64,000 nt of DNA from Promethearchaeati archaeon. Lineage in GTDB: Archaea; Asgardarchaeota; Heimdallarchaeia; Heimdallarchaeales; Heimdallarchaeaceae. The position numbers and the translations under genes are program-made. The notes beneath the pieces are model-generated. The model made no database searches. It was not told the origin of the DNA and was given only the letters and a program-made list of their open reading frames with translations. Each line of letters starts with the position of its first letter. The stretch's first letter is position 1. This document shows positions 1 to 10,608 of this stretch, piece by piece. The DNA is taken from NCBI GenBank assembly GCA_013166775.1, contig JABLTJ010000007.1, positions 156,551 to 220,550 of the forward strand, read 5' to 3'.

Positions 1-949
1 TAACTTCCTTATCTCTTCTAGCTGCTTCGTTGTATAACTCAAAGAAAGAAAACGGATTTCCAACTTCTCTTATCAGTTTATCAACCAAAGCGTTTTTTAT
101 TATTAATCTAGTCAAATAATATCCTAATGGATGCCCAGATAATGGAACAATTCTCTTTAGATCCTTACTTATATTCCGTTTTTCTTTAGCTTCATCTAAT
201 AATTCTTGGAGTTTATTATCTAATTTTCTTATTATATCTGGAGATTCTTTCATGGATTTCTTATAACGTTCAATATATTCTTCAGGAAAAGGTGTTTTGA
301 TATTTCCATAAATAAAATATTCCTTATCTATATGATCTGCTATTCCCTCTGAATGTATTTGATCAATGAGTTGAACTATATTTCTTTCTTCTTCTTCAAC
401 TTCTTCCTTATTATAGCAAAGAATTTGATTTCTAAGATGATGAAATAATTCATGGGATACAATGGAAACAAAAGATTCCATGCTTTCTGTGAAACTTGCA
501 TCAACGATTATGTTATCATAACCTCTTGCATCAGTATCAAAGATTACAATAGAAATTACAGGTTCAATCTCAAATTCATAATCAGGTAGAAATGATGTCG
601 CTCTGCTCTCAATTGTTCCAGCTAATTTTTTCCAATTTTCTTTAATCTTAGCTATATTTTCTTCATATTCTTTTCGTCGTTTTTTTACTGTTTGATAATA
701 CCGAAGATACCTTCCAATTGAAGATTCAAGTTCACTTTCAAGTCTATCCTTTAAAGAAGGATCAAAACTCAGTGTAAAAGCTTTAACAAAGAATTCTTTG
801 CTATATTCCTTTGAAACCAAAGATTTGTAACCTTTTGTCCCAAAGAGCTTATTCCATTCTTTTTCTGATACACTTTTGCCTTCCTCGAGCTTCTCCATTA
901 TTTCCATGAAACATTCATAACCAGATGTATCCAATATTAGTGAAAGCAT
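1..949 (-). CDS. Putative Zn-dependent protease (DUF5700-like), 3' end runs off the window
   Basis: Not in the ORF track. Manual translation from ATG at 949 gives MLSLILDTSGYECFMEIMEKLEEG..., with HExxH (SHELFHH, ~437-451), a later SEGIADHID and an AGGAGA RBS upstream. Confidence 0.7.
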   Translation of the reverse strand, partial: MLSLILDTSGYECFMEIMEKLEEGKSVSEKEWNKLFGTKGYKSLVSKEYSKEFFVKAFTLSFDPSLKDRLESELESSIGRYLRYYQTVKKRRKEYEENIAKIKENWKKLAGTIESRATSFLPDYEFEIEPVISIVIFDTDARGYDNIIVDASFTESMESFVSIVSHELFHHLRNQILCYNKEEVEEEERNIVQLIDQIHSEGIADHIDKEYFIYGNIKTPFPEEYIERYKKSMKESPDIIRKLDNKLQELLDEAKEKRNISKDLKRIVPLSGHPLGYYLTRLIIKNALVDKLIREVGNPFSFFELYNEAARRDKEV

Positions 950-988
950 AGTAATCTCCTATTAGTATATCAATAGAACAAAAGAATA

Positions 989-2089
989 TTAATCTATCTT
1001 AATTTCCTTCGAAAACTGCTGAAATATGATTTCATACATCAATGTTGTATATTTTAGTAATTGACTGAAATGATAGATATTACTCTCAAAAAAGTTTTTG
1101 TATTTTTTCTTTTCATGTTTCTCTAAGGAAAGCTCTTCTAATTCAGATAGGAATTTAATCTTTAGAATATCTATAAGTTGGGAGAAGAAATGCTTAATTG
1201 TCTGAAATTTTAGAAAACCATAATTTTCTATTTTGATAAAAGGTTTATAGTATTTCTTTCTATCCTTAGCTCTCTTTATGATTTGAACTCTATTCAGTTT
1301 TACAAGAATAGATAGAACCTCAGAAACAGTTGACCTACTATAGCCTGTTAGTTCTATAATATGATCTTGAGTAGTAGGCAAATATTCCAAATAGAGTGAT
1401 AAGAACACACTTATCAGATCTTTCCGTCCAGCATATGAACTAGTGAGATCTTGCATTGTAGTAAGAAATTCTTTCTTAATTTCCATGAATTTTGCATCAG
1501 AATATTTAGTTTTCGTACGTGTTCGACTTACAGAATCTTTTAATCTATTTCTATAACGATCAATGAAAACCTCAGATTTAAGATCATTGGAATTAAAATA
1601 ATCTGCTAATTCATTCTTTGAATGTTCTATGAAAGTTTTGTAGTACTCTTGAGATAATAGCAAATATTCAAAGTAGTGTTTCACATGTACAATAGAAGCA
1701 TTAGAAGGATCGAAAGCAACAAGTTTGTCAACTAAAATTTGCAGAAAATCAAAGTTAAAATTAGATATCTCAAAACTTGCTGTAAAGAATTTTTGAATAT
1801 ATTGCTCAAAACTTAGTGGACACTTATAGTATTTTTTTGAATTTGATGGCATCTTTGTCTGTAAAACAGGATATTGGCTTTGTAAACCCATTAATTCATT
1901 TAGAGCTATTGAAACCTTGGATCTACTAAAACCGGTAATTTTCATGATTTGTTCTTGAGTTAGAGAATCTTGTTCCATTAGCAGAGTGAAAAGAACTCCC
2001 GTTTTATTAGGATCAAAACCTACTGTACTATAACTTTGAGTAACAAAATTTATGTAGTCTAATTTTAGTTGTTCCAAAGTCATAAACAT
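989..2089 (-). CDS. GbsR/MarR-type transcriptional regulator with two tandem wHTH repeats
   Basis: Two homologous halves (LTQEQIMKITGFSRSKVSIAL...KKYYK and TTQDHIIELTGYSRSTVSEVL...RKKYYK); divergent from the ABC exporter. Confidence 0.75.
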   Translation of the reverse strand: MFMTLEQLKLDYINFVTQSYSTVGFDPNKTGVLFTLLMEQDSLTQEQIMKITGFSRSKVSIALNELMGLQSQYPVLQTKMPSNSKKYYKCPLSFEQYIQKFFTASFEISNFNFDFLQILVDKLVAFDPSNASIVHVKHYFEYLLLSQEYYKTFIEHSKNELADYFNSNDLKSEVFIDRYRNRLKDSVSRTRTKTKYSDAKFMEIKKEFLTTMQDLTSSYAGRKDLISVFLSLYLEYLPTTQDHIIELTGYSRSTVSEVLSILVKLNRVQIIKRAKDRKKYYKPFIKIENYGFLKFQTIKHFFSQLIDILKIKFLSELEELSLEKHEKKKYKNFFESNIYHFSQLLKYTTLMYEIIFQQFSKEIKID

Positions 2090-2238
2090 TCATCCATTTG
2101 CAATTCTTGTTAATTTTGTACTAATATAGCATGCACAATATCCAATATAAATTTTTTGATTTTTCTGTATTTTTTGAATTTTCGGTTAATTTGAAAATAT
2201 TTATAAATGTCTATTAAATTATCATCATACGAATACAA

Positions 2239-3168
2239 ATGTCAAACGATGTTGTACTACAAGTAAGTAACTTAACCAAAATCTATGGTAAGAAGATAGA
2301 TATTAAAATTAAAAAAGTAGGTAAAGAAATACTTGCTGTAAATAATGTAAGTTTTTCAGTAAAAAAAGGAGAAATTTTTGGATTCCTTGGACCTAACGGT
2401 GCAGGTAAAACAACAACAATGAGATCAATTTTGAATTATCTAAGAATCCAAGAAGGTTCGATTACCGTGTTTGGTCTTGATCATAACAAGGATTCTATAG
2501 AAATAAGAAAGAGACTTGGTTATATTCCTGGAGAACTGGGATTATATGAGGATTTTACTGGAGAAGAATTAGTAAAATATGTAGACAACTTTAGACCAAT
2601 TAGTCAAGAATTCCTTAAGGAACTTAGAACTGTTTTTCGTGTAAGTTTTACTCAAAAAATAAGATCGTTATCACATGGAAATAAACAACAAATTGGACTT
2701 ATTCTTGCTTTAGCGTCTAAACCAGAGTTTCTGATTCTTGATGAACCAAGCATTGGTTTAGATCCACTGATGACTGCGAATTTTCACAAAATCTTGCGAA
2801 AGCTGAGAGAGGAAGGAATAACAATTTTCTTGAGTTCTCATGATCTATCTGAAGTTCAATCAATTTGTGATAGAGTGGGAATTATTAAGGAAGGGAAGAT
2901 TATACTTATTGAGGAAATTGAAATTCTCAAGAGGAAATTTTTGCAGAATGTTAGAATTAAATTACCTTCTCCTCAAGCATTTGATGAAGAAGAAATAATG
3001 AAATTGGATTCAGTGATTTCTTGTGAAAGAGTAAATAACACAACACTTGTGTTAAAGGTGAAAGAAAATATTAGCGAGTTCCTCAATTGGATAAAAGACA
3101 TAGATATCTTACGAATAACAATTGAGGATGCATCATTAGAAGAGATTTTCTTACATTATTATGAATAG
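2239..3168 (+). CDS. ABC-2 type exporter ATP-binding protein
   Basis: Walker A GPNGAGKTT, signature LSHGNKQ, Walker B LILDEP, SSH motif. Confidence 0.95.
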   Translation: MSNDVVLQVSNLTKIYGKKIDIKIKKVGKEILAVNNVSFSVKKGEIFGFLGPNGAGKTTTMRSILNYLRIQEGSITVFGLDHNKDSIEIRKRLGYIPGELGLYEDFTGEELVKYVDNFRPISQEFLKELRTVFRVSFTQKIRSLSHGNKQQIGLILALASKPEFLILDEPSIGLDPLMTANFHKILRKLREEGITIFLSSHDLSEVQSICDRVGIIKEGKIILIEEIEILKRKFLQNVRIKLPSPQAFDEEEIMKLDSVISCERVNNTTLVLKVKENISEFLNWIKDIDILRITIEDASLEEIFLHYYE

Positions 3169-3179
3169 GAGGAAAGAAG

Positions 3180-3992
3180 ATGTTGAATGTATATTTCAAA
3201 GGACTAACAAAGAAATGGAAAAGCATTATCACACCAGCTCTAATAATAGGATTGTATGTTATAATGATCGCTGGAATTTGGCCAGCTTTGAAGGACCAAG
3301 CAGAAGCATTCCAGTTTATACTTGATAATCCAATTTATCAATCTATTCTTGGTAATTTAGCAGGTTCCATGTTCACGACATGGGAAGGTGCTTTTTATCT
3401 CTATATTTTCGTTTGGCTAGAAATGGTTATAGTATTTATCACTATCTTCACCCCTACACGTTTAGTTACTAATGAGATTGATAAAAAAACACTTGATGTA
3501 GCATTAAGCTATCCCATTCCCAGATGGCGATACTTACTTGAGAAATATAGTGTTTTTCTGACTTATAATCTCCTTTATCCTATTTTCATTTTGATAGCAG
3601 GTTATTTTGGAACCTTAGCTTTGAGACCTTTTGATCCAGCAGCTTCAATGAATTATACTCTTCTATTTGTTGCTTCCATCAGTGTCTGGTTGTATCTCTT
3701 TGCTTTGGGATCATTATCTATTCTCGTTAGTACAATCTTTTTAGATTCACGTAAATCTTTAGCAGTAGCTGGATCGCTAATTGTTGGAATGTATTTACTT
3801 GTTAGAATTGGATCTGCAGCTGAATCGATAAATTTCCTTCAATATATTTCTATTTTTCATTATTTCAGTGCTGGAAATATAATGGAAAATGGAGGGTTTC
3901 TTGTAGGTGAATTCTTCATAGTTTTCGGATTTGGTCTTGTCTGTTTAATAGCAGCATTATGGATATTTCAGAAGAGAGAGTTAACTTACTAA
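3180..3992 (+). CDS. ABC-2 type exporter permease
   Basis: About 6 TM helices, [18 protein letters not shown] motif, follows the ATPase with a GGAGG RBS. Confidence 0.9.
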   Translation: MLNVYFKGLTKKWKSIITPALIIGLYVIMIAGIWPALKDQAEAFQFILDNPIYQSILGNLAGSMFTTWEGAFYLYIFVWLEMVIVFITIFTPTRLVTNEIDKKTLDVALSYPIPRWRYLLEKYSVFLTYNLLYPIFILIAGYFGTLALRPFDPAASMNYTLLFVASISVWLYLFALGSLSILVSTIFLDSRKSLAVAGSLIVGMYLLVRIGSAAESINFLQYISIFHYFSAGNIMENGGFLVGEFFIVFGFGLVCLIAALWIFQKRELTY

Positions 3993-6085
3993 GTTTCTTT
4001 TTTTCTTTCTCCAAGTTGATTTAACATAATATCTATGTCAGTTGTAGGATTTTTACATACAAACTCTTGGCAAACATAAGCTGTAGGTTTATTTTCAATC
4101 GTTTTGTATTCTTTTAGTATCTCTATTATATTTGAAATTTCTTTCTCATTTTTGGTTGATTTAAACAAGACAACTTTGTTTGGCAGATATTGGTTCCTTA
4201 GCTCTTCGATCATAGAAGTTGTTTCTTGAGAATCAGGATCGCCAACCACAACTATCTCGAAAGATGGTCCTAATGCGAAATCTAAACCAAGCAACAAGAA
4301 AGAATAAGCATTCGGCATTTTTTGAACTTGTTGAGCAAATATCTCTGCAATTTTGTTAGCATTTTCTTCATAAGTTGGATTTGAAGTCAATCTTCCAAGT
4401 TTAAGAAGAACATACATTGAAACAGAATTACCCGAAGGGATTGCTCCATCATAGATTGTTTTTTCTCTAATTAGAAGTTCTTCTCCATATTCAGGAGTAA
4501 AATAGAAACCTCCTTTGCTTTCATCCCAAAAGTATTCCATAATAATTTTACTTAATACCAAACTTTCTTTGAGATATTTAGCTTCGAAAGTAGTCTCATA
4601 TAACTCCAATAATCCCCAAATCATAAACGCATAATCATCAAGATTAGCAGTGATAGATTTATCTCCTTCCCTGAATCTATGTAAGAGTTTTCCTTCTTTA
4701 TTTTTCATTTCTGAAAGAATGAATTCTGAAGCTTTAGCTGCTGAAACAAGATAATCTTCGTTTCCTAAAACTCTAGCAGCTTTTGCGAAAGCAACAATCA
4801 TTAAACCATTCCAATCAGTAAGAATCTTATCATCTTTTAGAGGATGGATTCGTTTCTTTCTATATTCAAATAGTAGTTCTCTGATATTTTCCATTCTTGA
4901 TTCTAATTCAGTTTCTGGAAGTTTCAATTCCTCAGCTAAATCCGTAAGAGTGTTTTTAGTATGAATAATGTTGTCGCTTGTTTTTTCTTTGGAAGCTTCT
5001 TCGAAGAAATTTCCCTCTTGAGAAATACCAGAGAATTTGATAAATAAATCAGCATCTTCTTTATCTAGAAGTTTTTTGATTTCTTCTTGCGTCCAAACAT
5101 AGAATTTTCCTTCTACACCTTCACTATCCGCATCCTCAGCGGAATAGAATCCTCCTTCAGGAGAGGTCATATCTCTCATTACATATTTGAGAATTTTCTC
5201 TGCAGTATCTTTATAAATCGGATTTTTTGTTGCTTGATAGGCTTCGGTATAAGCAATGGTCAGCATTGCTTGATCATAGAGCATCTTTTCAAAATGAGGA
5301 ACCAACCATTCTCTATCTGTTGAGTAGCGGTGGAATCCATAACCTATATGATCCCATATTCCTCCTTGTCTTAGTTTTTGTAAAGTTTTTTCCACCATAT
5401 TTAGAGCGATTTCATCTCCTGCTCGCTTCCAGTATCTTAGTAAGAAAAGGAGATTGTGAGGACTTGGGAATTTTGGTGCATTTCCAAAACCTCCAAAGAC
5501 TTTATCAAATCTATTGTCAAAAATATCAAATGCTCTAGCAATAAATTCTTCAGCATCATAAGACGTAGGAATGTTATCAGTATTTTTTTGTAAATGAGTT
5601 GTGATGTCTGTTGCACTCGTGAGAACTTCATCTCGACTGTTTTCCCAGAGTTCTGCTACTTGATTCAGTATATCAATCAAACCAGGTCTTCCAAATTGAC
5701 CAGATTTAGGAAAATATGTTCCAGCGAAGAAGGGTTTTTTCTCAGGAGTCATTATGATAGTTAATGGCCAACCACCACCTCCTGTCATCATTTGACATAC
5801 AGTCATGTAAATGCTATCTACATCAGAACGTTCTTCTCTATCAACTTTTATAGAAACAAAATTATCATTTAGAATCTTTGCAACTTGCTCATTCTCAAAC
5901 GATTCTCTTTCCATAACATGGCACCAATGACAAGTAGCATATCCTATTGATAGAAAAATTGGTTTGTTTTCCTTTTTAGCTTTTTCGAAAGTTTCATCCT
6001 TCCATGGATACCAGTCAACAGGGTTGTGTGCATGCTGTAGTAGATAAGGACTTTTTTCATTAATCAGATGGTTAGGTTTCTGCAT
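3989..6085 (-). CDS. YyaL/SPATA20-family thioredoxin-domain plus (alpha/alpha)6-barrel protein
   Basis: [56 protein letters not shown]. Confidence 0.95.
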   Translation of the reverse strand: MQKPNHLINEKSPYLLQHAHNPVDWYPWKDETFEKAKKENKPIFLSIGYATCHWCHVMERESFENEQVAKILNDNFVSIKVDREERSDVDSIYMTVCQMMTGGGGWPLTIIMTPEKKPFFAGTYFPKSGQFGRPGLIDILNQVAELWENSRDEVLTSATDITTHLQKNTDNIPTSYDAEEFIARAFDIFDNRFDKVFGGFGNAPKFPSPHNLLFLLRYWKRAGDEIALNMVEKTLQKLRQGGIWDHIGYGFHRYSTDREWLVPHFEKMLYDQAMLTIAYTEAYQATKNPIYKDTAEKILKYVMRDMTSPEGGFYSAEDADSEGVEGKFYVWTQEEIKKLLDKEDADLFIKFSGISQEGNFFEEASKEKTSDNIIHTKNTLTDLAEELKLPETELESRMENIRELLFEYRKKRIHPLKDDKILTDWNGLMIVAFAKAARVLGNEDYLVSAAKASEFILSEMKNKEGKLLHRFREGDKSITANLDDYAFMIWGLLELYETTFEAKYLKESLVLSKIIMEYFWDESKGGFYFTPEYGEELLIREKTIYDGAIPSGNSVSMYVLLKLGRLTSNPTYEENANKIAEIFAQQVQKMPNAYSFLLLGLDFALGPSFEIVVVGDPDSQETTSMIEELRNQYLPNKVVLFKSTKNEKEISNIIEILKEYKTIENKPTAYVCQEFVCKNPTTDIDIMLNQLGERKKET

Positions 6086-6174
6086 TTCTCAACAAAATAA
6101 AAAGGTAAAATGCGCTTTAAATAGTATCCAAAGAACAAAAAAGAAAAGAAAGGAAGAAAGAATTATTTTTTCTA

Positions 6175-7047
6175 TTAAAGATTAGACCCACAATTTTCAC
6201 AGAATTTTGCTCCACTTTGAAATTTAGCTCCACAATTAGAGCAGAATAAAGCACCAGTAGGAGGAGGAGTTTCAGTTTGAGTTGTAACCGATACACTTGG
6301 AGTTTGAGAGGGTATATGCTGAACTTTTGCTGGACCACCTAATGGAGGTTGAACCTGCATAATATCTTTGCTTAAATCTCTAAAACCATATACAAGCATA
6401 ATAAAACCGATGATACTTCCTATTGATCCAAATGTAGTAAATAACGAAGCTACCGCAGTTATAAGATTTATAGTTGCCGCAATGAACAATATCATTGTAG
6501 GTTTCTTATTGAAACGTCCTTGATTCTGATAATCAACAAACATTCTGTAAACAAAGTAAAAACCTAATGCTAAAGCAGTATTTCCCACCATAGATATGAT
6601 AGCACCAGCTAAATCAGGTACAAAGATGCTTATTATAATCGCTACTAAATAACCTTGGATTCCAAAACTTGCATTTTTTGCATTTTCACTTACAGAATCA
6701 CTTTTTTGAAGTAAACTGAAACCAGAACCAAGTTTATAGTACTGGATATATGTCATAATCATAATTATGAATAAGGCAATTCCAGTTATACTTACTAGAA
6801 CAATAACTACAATTCCTCCAGCGAATAGAGATTCAATTGTACTATAGAGATTATTTGTGTCAAAATCTGTAAAGTCAAATCCTGAAGCTAGTGCAACTAC
6901 TGAAACTACTAAAACAATAACCATGATAATTGCAATCACCACAGTCCATAGTAGATACTTATATAATTTATTTGAACTATCTGATATTTTATATTTTGCA
7001 ATATCAAAAGGATGCATTTGTGATTGATATGACATTTTTAACACCAA
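6175..7047 (-). CDS. Multi-pass membrane protein with C-terminal zinc ribbon
   Basis: About 6 hydrophobic segments, Pro/Thr linker, FCSNCG...FCENCG. Confidence 0.8.
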   Translation of the reverse strand: MVLKMSYQSQMHPFDIAKYKISDSSNKLYKYLLWTVVIAIIMVIVLVVSVVALASGFDFTDFDTNNLYSTIESLFAGGIVVIVLVSITGIALFIIMIMTYIQYYKLGSGFSLLQKSDSVSENAKNASFGIQGYLVAIIISIFVPDLAGAIISMVGNTALALGFYFVYRMFVDYQNQGRFNKKPTMILFIAATINLITAVASLFTTFGSIGSIIGFIMLVYGFRDLSKDIMQVQPPLGGPAKVQHIPSQTPSVSVTTQTETPPPTGALFCSNCGAKFQSGAKFCENCGSNL

Positions 7048-7143
7048 GTAGATTTATCTTATCACATATTTAAATACGTATCCTTTTATCTTTTTATTCA
7101 ATTTAACAAAACACAAAAAGAATTAATGAAAGCAACTGGAAAA

Positions 7144-7551
7144 TCACTTTTTAACTTCATCTCCACAATAGGGACAGAATTCAAATTCTTCAGCTAATTC
7201 TCTTTTACAATTTGCACATGCTAACTTGATACTTTTACCACAATAGGGGCAAAATTCAAAGTCTTCTTTCAGCTCTTTGTTACAATGAGGACAGTTAAGC
7301 TCAAGAGAAATCTCTTCAGGTTCTTTGGGAATTATTTGTTTTGGTTGTTCATCGGGTAGCATGTTTTTAGGGATAGGTATTTCTCTTTTAGAAGGTGAGG
7401 GAGCAAATTTTGTTGGAGCTTGAACTGTTAAACCAGGAGGAACAGGTGGAACTTCTTGGAGCTGAGATCTTTTTGTTATCTCCTCTTTTGATGAATCTGA
7501 AGGTAAAAATTTCTTTTTCACCTTTTCCACTAGCTTCTTCACATTGCTCAT
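7144..7551 (-). CDS. Double zinc ribbon (DZR) protein with Pro-rich N-terminus
   Basis: CPHC...CPYC...CANC...CPYC. Confidence 0.8.
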   Translation of the reverse strand: MSNVKKLVEKVKKKFLPSDSSKEEITKRSQLQEVPPVPPGLTVQAPTKFAPSPSKREIPIPKNMLPDEQPKQIIPKEPEEISLELNCPHCNKELKEDFEFCPYCGKSIKLACANCKRELAEEFEFCPYCGDEVKK

Positions 7552-7650
7552 TTAATCAAATGATATAACACACTATCTTTTTTATATTTTGCTTTACTCC
7601 CTGCAGTAAAAAATGGTAATGAAATATGATTTATATCAAAAAAATCTAAT

Positions 7651-8214
7651 TTAACTGGTTTTTTCATATCTGTTGTGATATATAAACTCGTTGAGATTCA
7701 TCCTTATTGGTCGATTTCTTTCATGTTCAATTTGGTTTTCTTCTAGAACATCTTCAAAATCCTCATTGTGTTTTCCAATCCCAATAATTGCAATTAATTT
7801 CATATCGGGTGGTATGTTAAGTATTTCTTTAGCAATATCCTCATTGAAACCAGCCATTGGGTGAGCTACTAAACCTAAATCAGTCGCTCGCAGAATGAGA
7901 AAAGCTGTTGCCATTCCAGTATCGAATAAGAAATAGATCTTATCTTTAATAATACAATCAAATTCTTGTTTACTGAAAACAGCAACTATCATAGAAGCTT
8001 TTTGTGCCCAAGCATTTCCTCCAGTTAGTGCTGGATAAAACTTCTCTAGATTCTCTTTACCATGAATGAAAACATATCTCCAAGGTTGATTATTGAAACA
8101 AGAAGGAGCTAATTGTGCATGTTTTGCTAAATCATTTATCAATTCATCAGTTACTTCAATTGGAATAAGAGCTTTGTATGCTCTACGTTTTTCAATTGTT
8201 TCTTTTAATTCCAC
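7651..8214 (-). CDS. Nitroreductase family protein
   Basis: RRAYK, APSCFNNQPWRY, DTGMA...LRATDLGL. Confidence 0.92.
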   Translation of the reverse strand: MELKETIEKRRAYKALIPIEVTDELINDLAKHAQLAPSCFNNQPWRYVFIHGKENLEKFYPALTGGNAWAQKASMIVAVFSKQEFDCIIKDKIYFLFDTGMATAFLILRATDLGLVAHPMAGFNEDIAKEILNIPPDMKLIAIIGIGKHNEDFEDVLEENQIEHERNRPIRMNLNEFIYHNRYEKTS

Positions 8215-8702
8215 TATCTCACCTGAACATCATTATGTTCAATCAGATTTTTTAATGTTTGGTGGACATCAAAGGTGTGACCTGTAACCTTAACTTTTGA
8301 CCAGATGTAAGCTATGTTACCTTCAGGATCAATGAGAAAAGTCATTCTCTTAGCAAGTGACATTAGTCTACTCAGAATCGAGCCTGAATCTTTTGCACCA
8401 TAAGCTTTGATAACATTAAAACTCTCATCACTTAGTAGTGGAAATGAAATATTTTCCTTTTGGACAAATTTAGTATGACTTTCTACAGAATCTGCACTAA
8501 TACCTAAAACAACAGCATTCAAATCTTGGAAAAGGTTTAGATTGGCTGTGAAATCACATGCTTCTTTTGTACAACCTGGAGTTTGATCCTTTGGATAAAA
8601 ATACAGTACTACCCACTTCCCCTTATAATCGTTTAAGCAAATTTCTTCCTTTTCTGAATTCTTTAGACAGAAAAGAGGAGCTTTATCACCAATTTCTAAC
8701 AT
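8214..8702 (-). CDS. bcp: Peroxiredoxin, BCP/PrxQ family
   Basis: YFYPKDQTPGCTKEACDF (peroxidatic and resolving Cys). Confidence 0.92.
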   Translation of the reverse strand: MLEIGDKAPLFCLKNSEKEEICLNDYKGKWVVLYFYPKDQTPGCTKEACDFTANLNLFQDLNAVVLGISADSVESHTKFVQKENISFPLLSDESFNVIKAYGAKDSGSILSRLMSLAKRMTFLIDPEGNIAYIWSKVKVTGHTFDVHQTLKNLIEHNDVQVR

Positions 8703-8716
8703 ATTATCAACTCAAA

Positions 8717-9184
8717 TTAAGTAAGTAAATCACTGAGAGAACCTTTAATATCTTCAACGTGATCTTTTATTTTAACTTTTTCCCAAATTTTAACAATTTT
8801 GCCTTCAGGATTAATTAAGAATGTAGATCTTACTACACCCATGTATTCTTTGCCATACATCTTTTTCATTTGCCAAACACCATATTTTTTGAGTACAATA
8901 TACTCTGAATCACTCAATAAAATGTGTTGCAAACTGTATTTTTCTCTGAATTTTGTGTGGCTTTTGGTTTCATCAGGACTGATACCTATTATCTCAGCGT
9001 TCATTTCTTTAAATTCTTGAAAATTATCAGAAAAATCACATGCTTCTGTTGTACAACCTGGTGTCATATCTTTAGGGTAAAAATAAACTACAACCCATTT
9101 ACCTTCAAAATCTTGTAAACATACATTCTCATTTTGCTCATTTGGTAAGCAGAATGAGGGCGCTTTATCACCTATTTTTAACAT
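8717..9184 (-). CDS. bcp: Peroxiredoxin, BCP/PrxQ family (second paralog)
   Basis: YFYPKDMTPGCTTEACDF, GVVRSTFLI. Confidence 0.93.
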   Translation of the reverse strand: MLKIGDKAPSFCLPNEQNENVCLQDFEGKWVVVYFYPKDMTPGCTTEACDFSDNFQEFKEMNAEIIGISPDETKSHTKFREKYSLQHILLSDSEYIVLKKYGVWQMKKMYGKEYMGVVRSTFLINPEGKIVKIWEKVKIKDHVEDIKGSLSDLLT

Positions 9185-9193
9185 TCAATCACC

Positions 9194-9667
9194 TTAAAGT
9201 TCTCGACCTTTCTCTCTCTCTTTTTTTATAAAATCTGTAATTTCATCTAAATTTGGGACTACAGACATTTCATATATTTCCATGAAGAGAATTTCTTTAT
9301 TTTCTGCAACAAGAATATTAACTCGATTAGAGACACCTTTTTGTTCATTTAATATTCCTAATTTCTTTGCTAGATTGCCATGAGGCCAGAAATCTGCTAA
9401 TAATTGAGTTTTTTCTATTCCAAGTTCTTCAGCCCAGGCTTTTTTAGTTGGATCACTATCAACGCTTATACCTACAGGAAGTACTCCTAAATTAGACAGA
9501 ACATCAAAATTATCTTCTAGAGATTGCATTTGTTTTGCACAAACACCCGTCCATGCAAGAGGATGGAAGGAGAGGAGAATCATTTTATCTTTAATATCAT
9601 AAAAACGGAATTCTTCATTATTTTGATTCTTAAGTGTAAAGTCAGGAATAATATCGCCTACTTTCAT
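9194..9667 (-). CDS. Peroxiredoxin, AhpE-like 1-Cys
   Basis: FHPLAWTGVC, LLADFWPHG, SNR. Confidence 0.85.
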   Translation of the reverse strand: MKVGDIIPDFTLKNQNNEEFRFYDIKDKMILLSFHPLAWTGVCAKQMQSLEDNFDVLSNLGVLPVGISVDSDPTKKAWAEELGIEKTQLLADFWPHGNLAKKLGILNEQKGVSNRVNILVAENKEILFMEIYEMSVVPNLDEITDFIKKEREKGREL

Positions 9668-9799
9668 TTAAATCACCATATAATTCCAGAATTTTTAAAT
9701 CCTTAAAAGTATAGGTTTAACAAATTCGTATGAATTGTAAAATAATTGAAATAAGATAAAACTTAAATGCATTTATTCCGAAGATTATAAGAATCTGGT

Positions 9800-10357
9800 A
9801 TGAGTGAAGGACCTAAGATTTTCAAGATAGTACTCATTGGAGATGGAGCTGTAGGGAAAACTAGTTTACGAAGGAACTATCTTGGAAAAAGCTTTAGAGA
9901 AAACTACCTTATGACTATTGGAGCTGATTTTTCAGTAAAGCAGGTTCCTTATGAAGATTATATTGTAAATCTACAGATATGGGATCTTGCAGGCCAGCCA
10001 AGGTTTTCAGAGGTCAGAGGAGCTTATTACACCAACTGTTATGGAGCTTTAGTTATTTTTGATGTTACTCGACCTAATACATTTACAAATATAGATTATT
10101 GGATAAATGAGTTGATCAGATACAATGACAACAAACTTGTTCCTATGATAATAATTGGAAATAAAGTTGATTTGAGAGGATCTACTCCACAAGAGATACA
10201 AGTAGACAATAACTCAGCAATGGCTTACGCAGCTACTTTGAGTGATTGGGGAGGATTGAAAGTAGACTACATAGAAACCTCTGCAATGTCAGGTCAAAAT
10301 GTTAATTCCGCTTTTGAGAGATTGATAGATAAAATATACTACCGAATAGGTATATAA
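9800..10357 (+). CDS. Rab-like small GTPase
   Basis: G1 GDGAVGKTS, G2 TIGADF, G3 WDLAGQ, G4 NKVD, G5 ETSAM; no C-terminal prenylation motif. Confidence 0.93.
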   Translation: MSEGPKIFKIVLIGDGAVGKTSLRRNYLGKSFRENYLMTIGADFSVKQVPYEDYIVNLQIWDLAGQPRFSEVRGAYYTNCYGALVIFDVTRPNTFTNIDYWINELIRYNDNKLVPMIIIGNKVDLRGSTPQEIQVDNNSAMAYAATLSDWGGLKVDYIETSAMSGQNVNSAFERLIDKIYYRIGI

Positions 10358-10376
10358 ATCTTAAAAAAGGATAAAA

Positions 10377-10517
10377 TTAGGGTATTTTATAGTAGCTAGA
10401 ATCTTCTGTTTTTGTTTCTTTAAGCGTCCTGAAAATTATATAGATAATTGTTAAAGAAACTGCAGTGATTATTGTAGATAAAAAGACTGCTAGATAAGGA
10501 AGTGATGCTGTAGCCAT
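10377..10517 (-). CDS. 46-aa single-pass membrane micropeptide
   Basis: Below the ORF-track cutoff. Translation MATASLPYLAVFLSTIITAVSLTIIYIIFRTLKETKTEDSSYYKIP*; AAGGTG RBS 5 nt upstream; TATA-like TTTTTATA about 40 nt upstream; one TM followed by a charged tail. Confidence 0.7.
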   Translation of the reverse strand: MATASLPYLAVFLSTIITAVSLTIIYIIFRTLKETKTEDSSYYKIP

Positions 10518-10608
10518 AATTACACCTTAAAGCTAATAGATATTTTTAGAATCGGTTGTATAAAAAATCTACTCCAGAAAAATGAAAAAGAAGGGATGGA
10601 AGGAAGGA

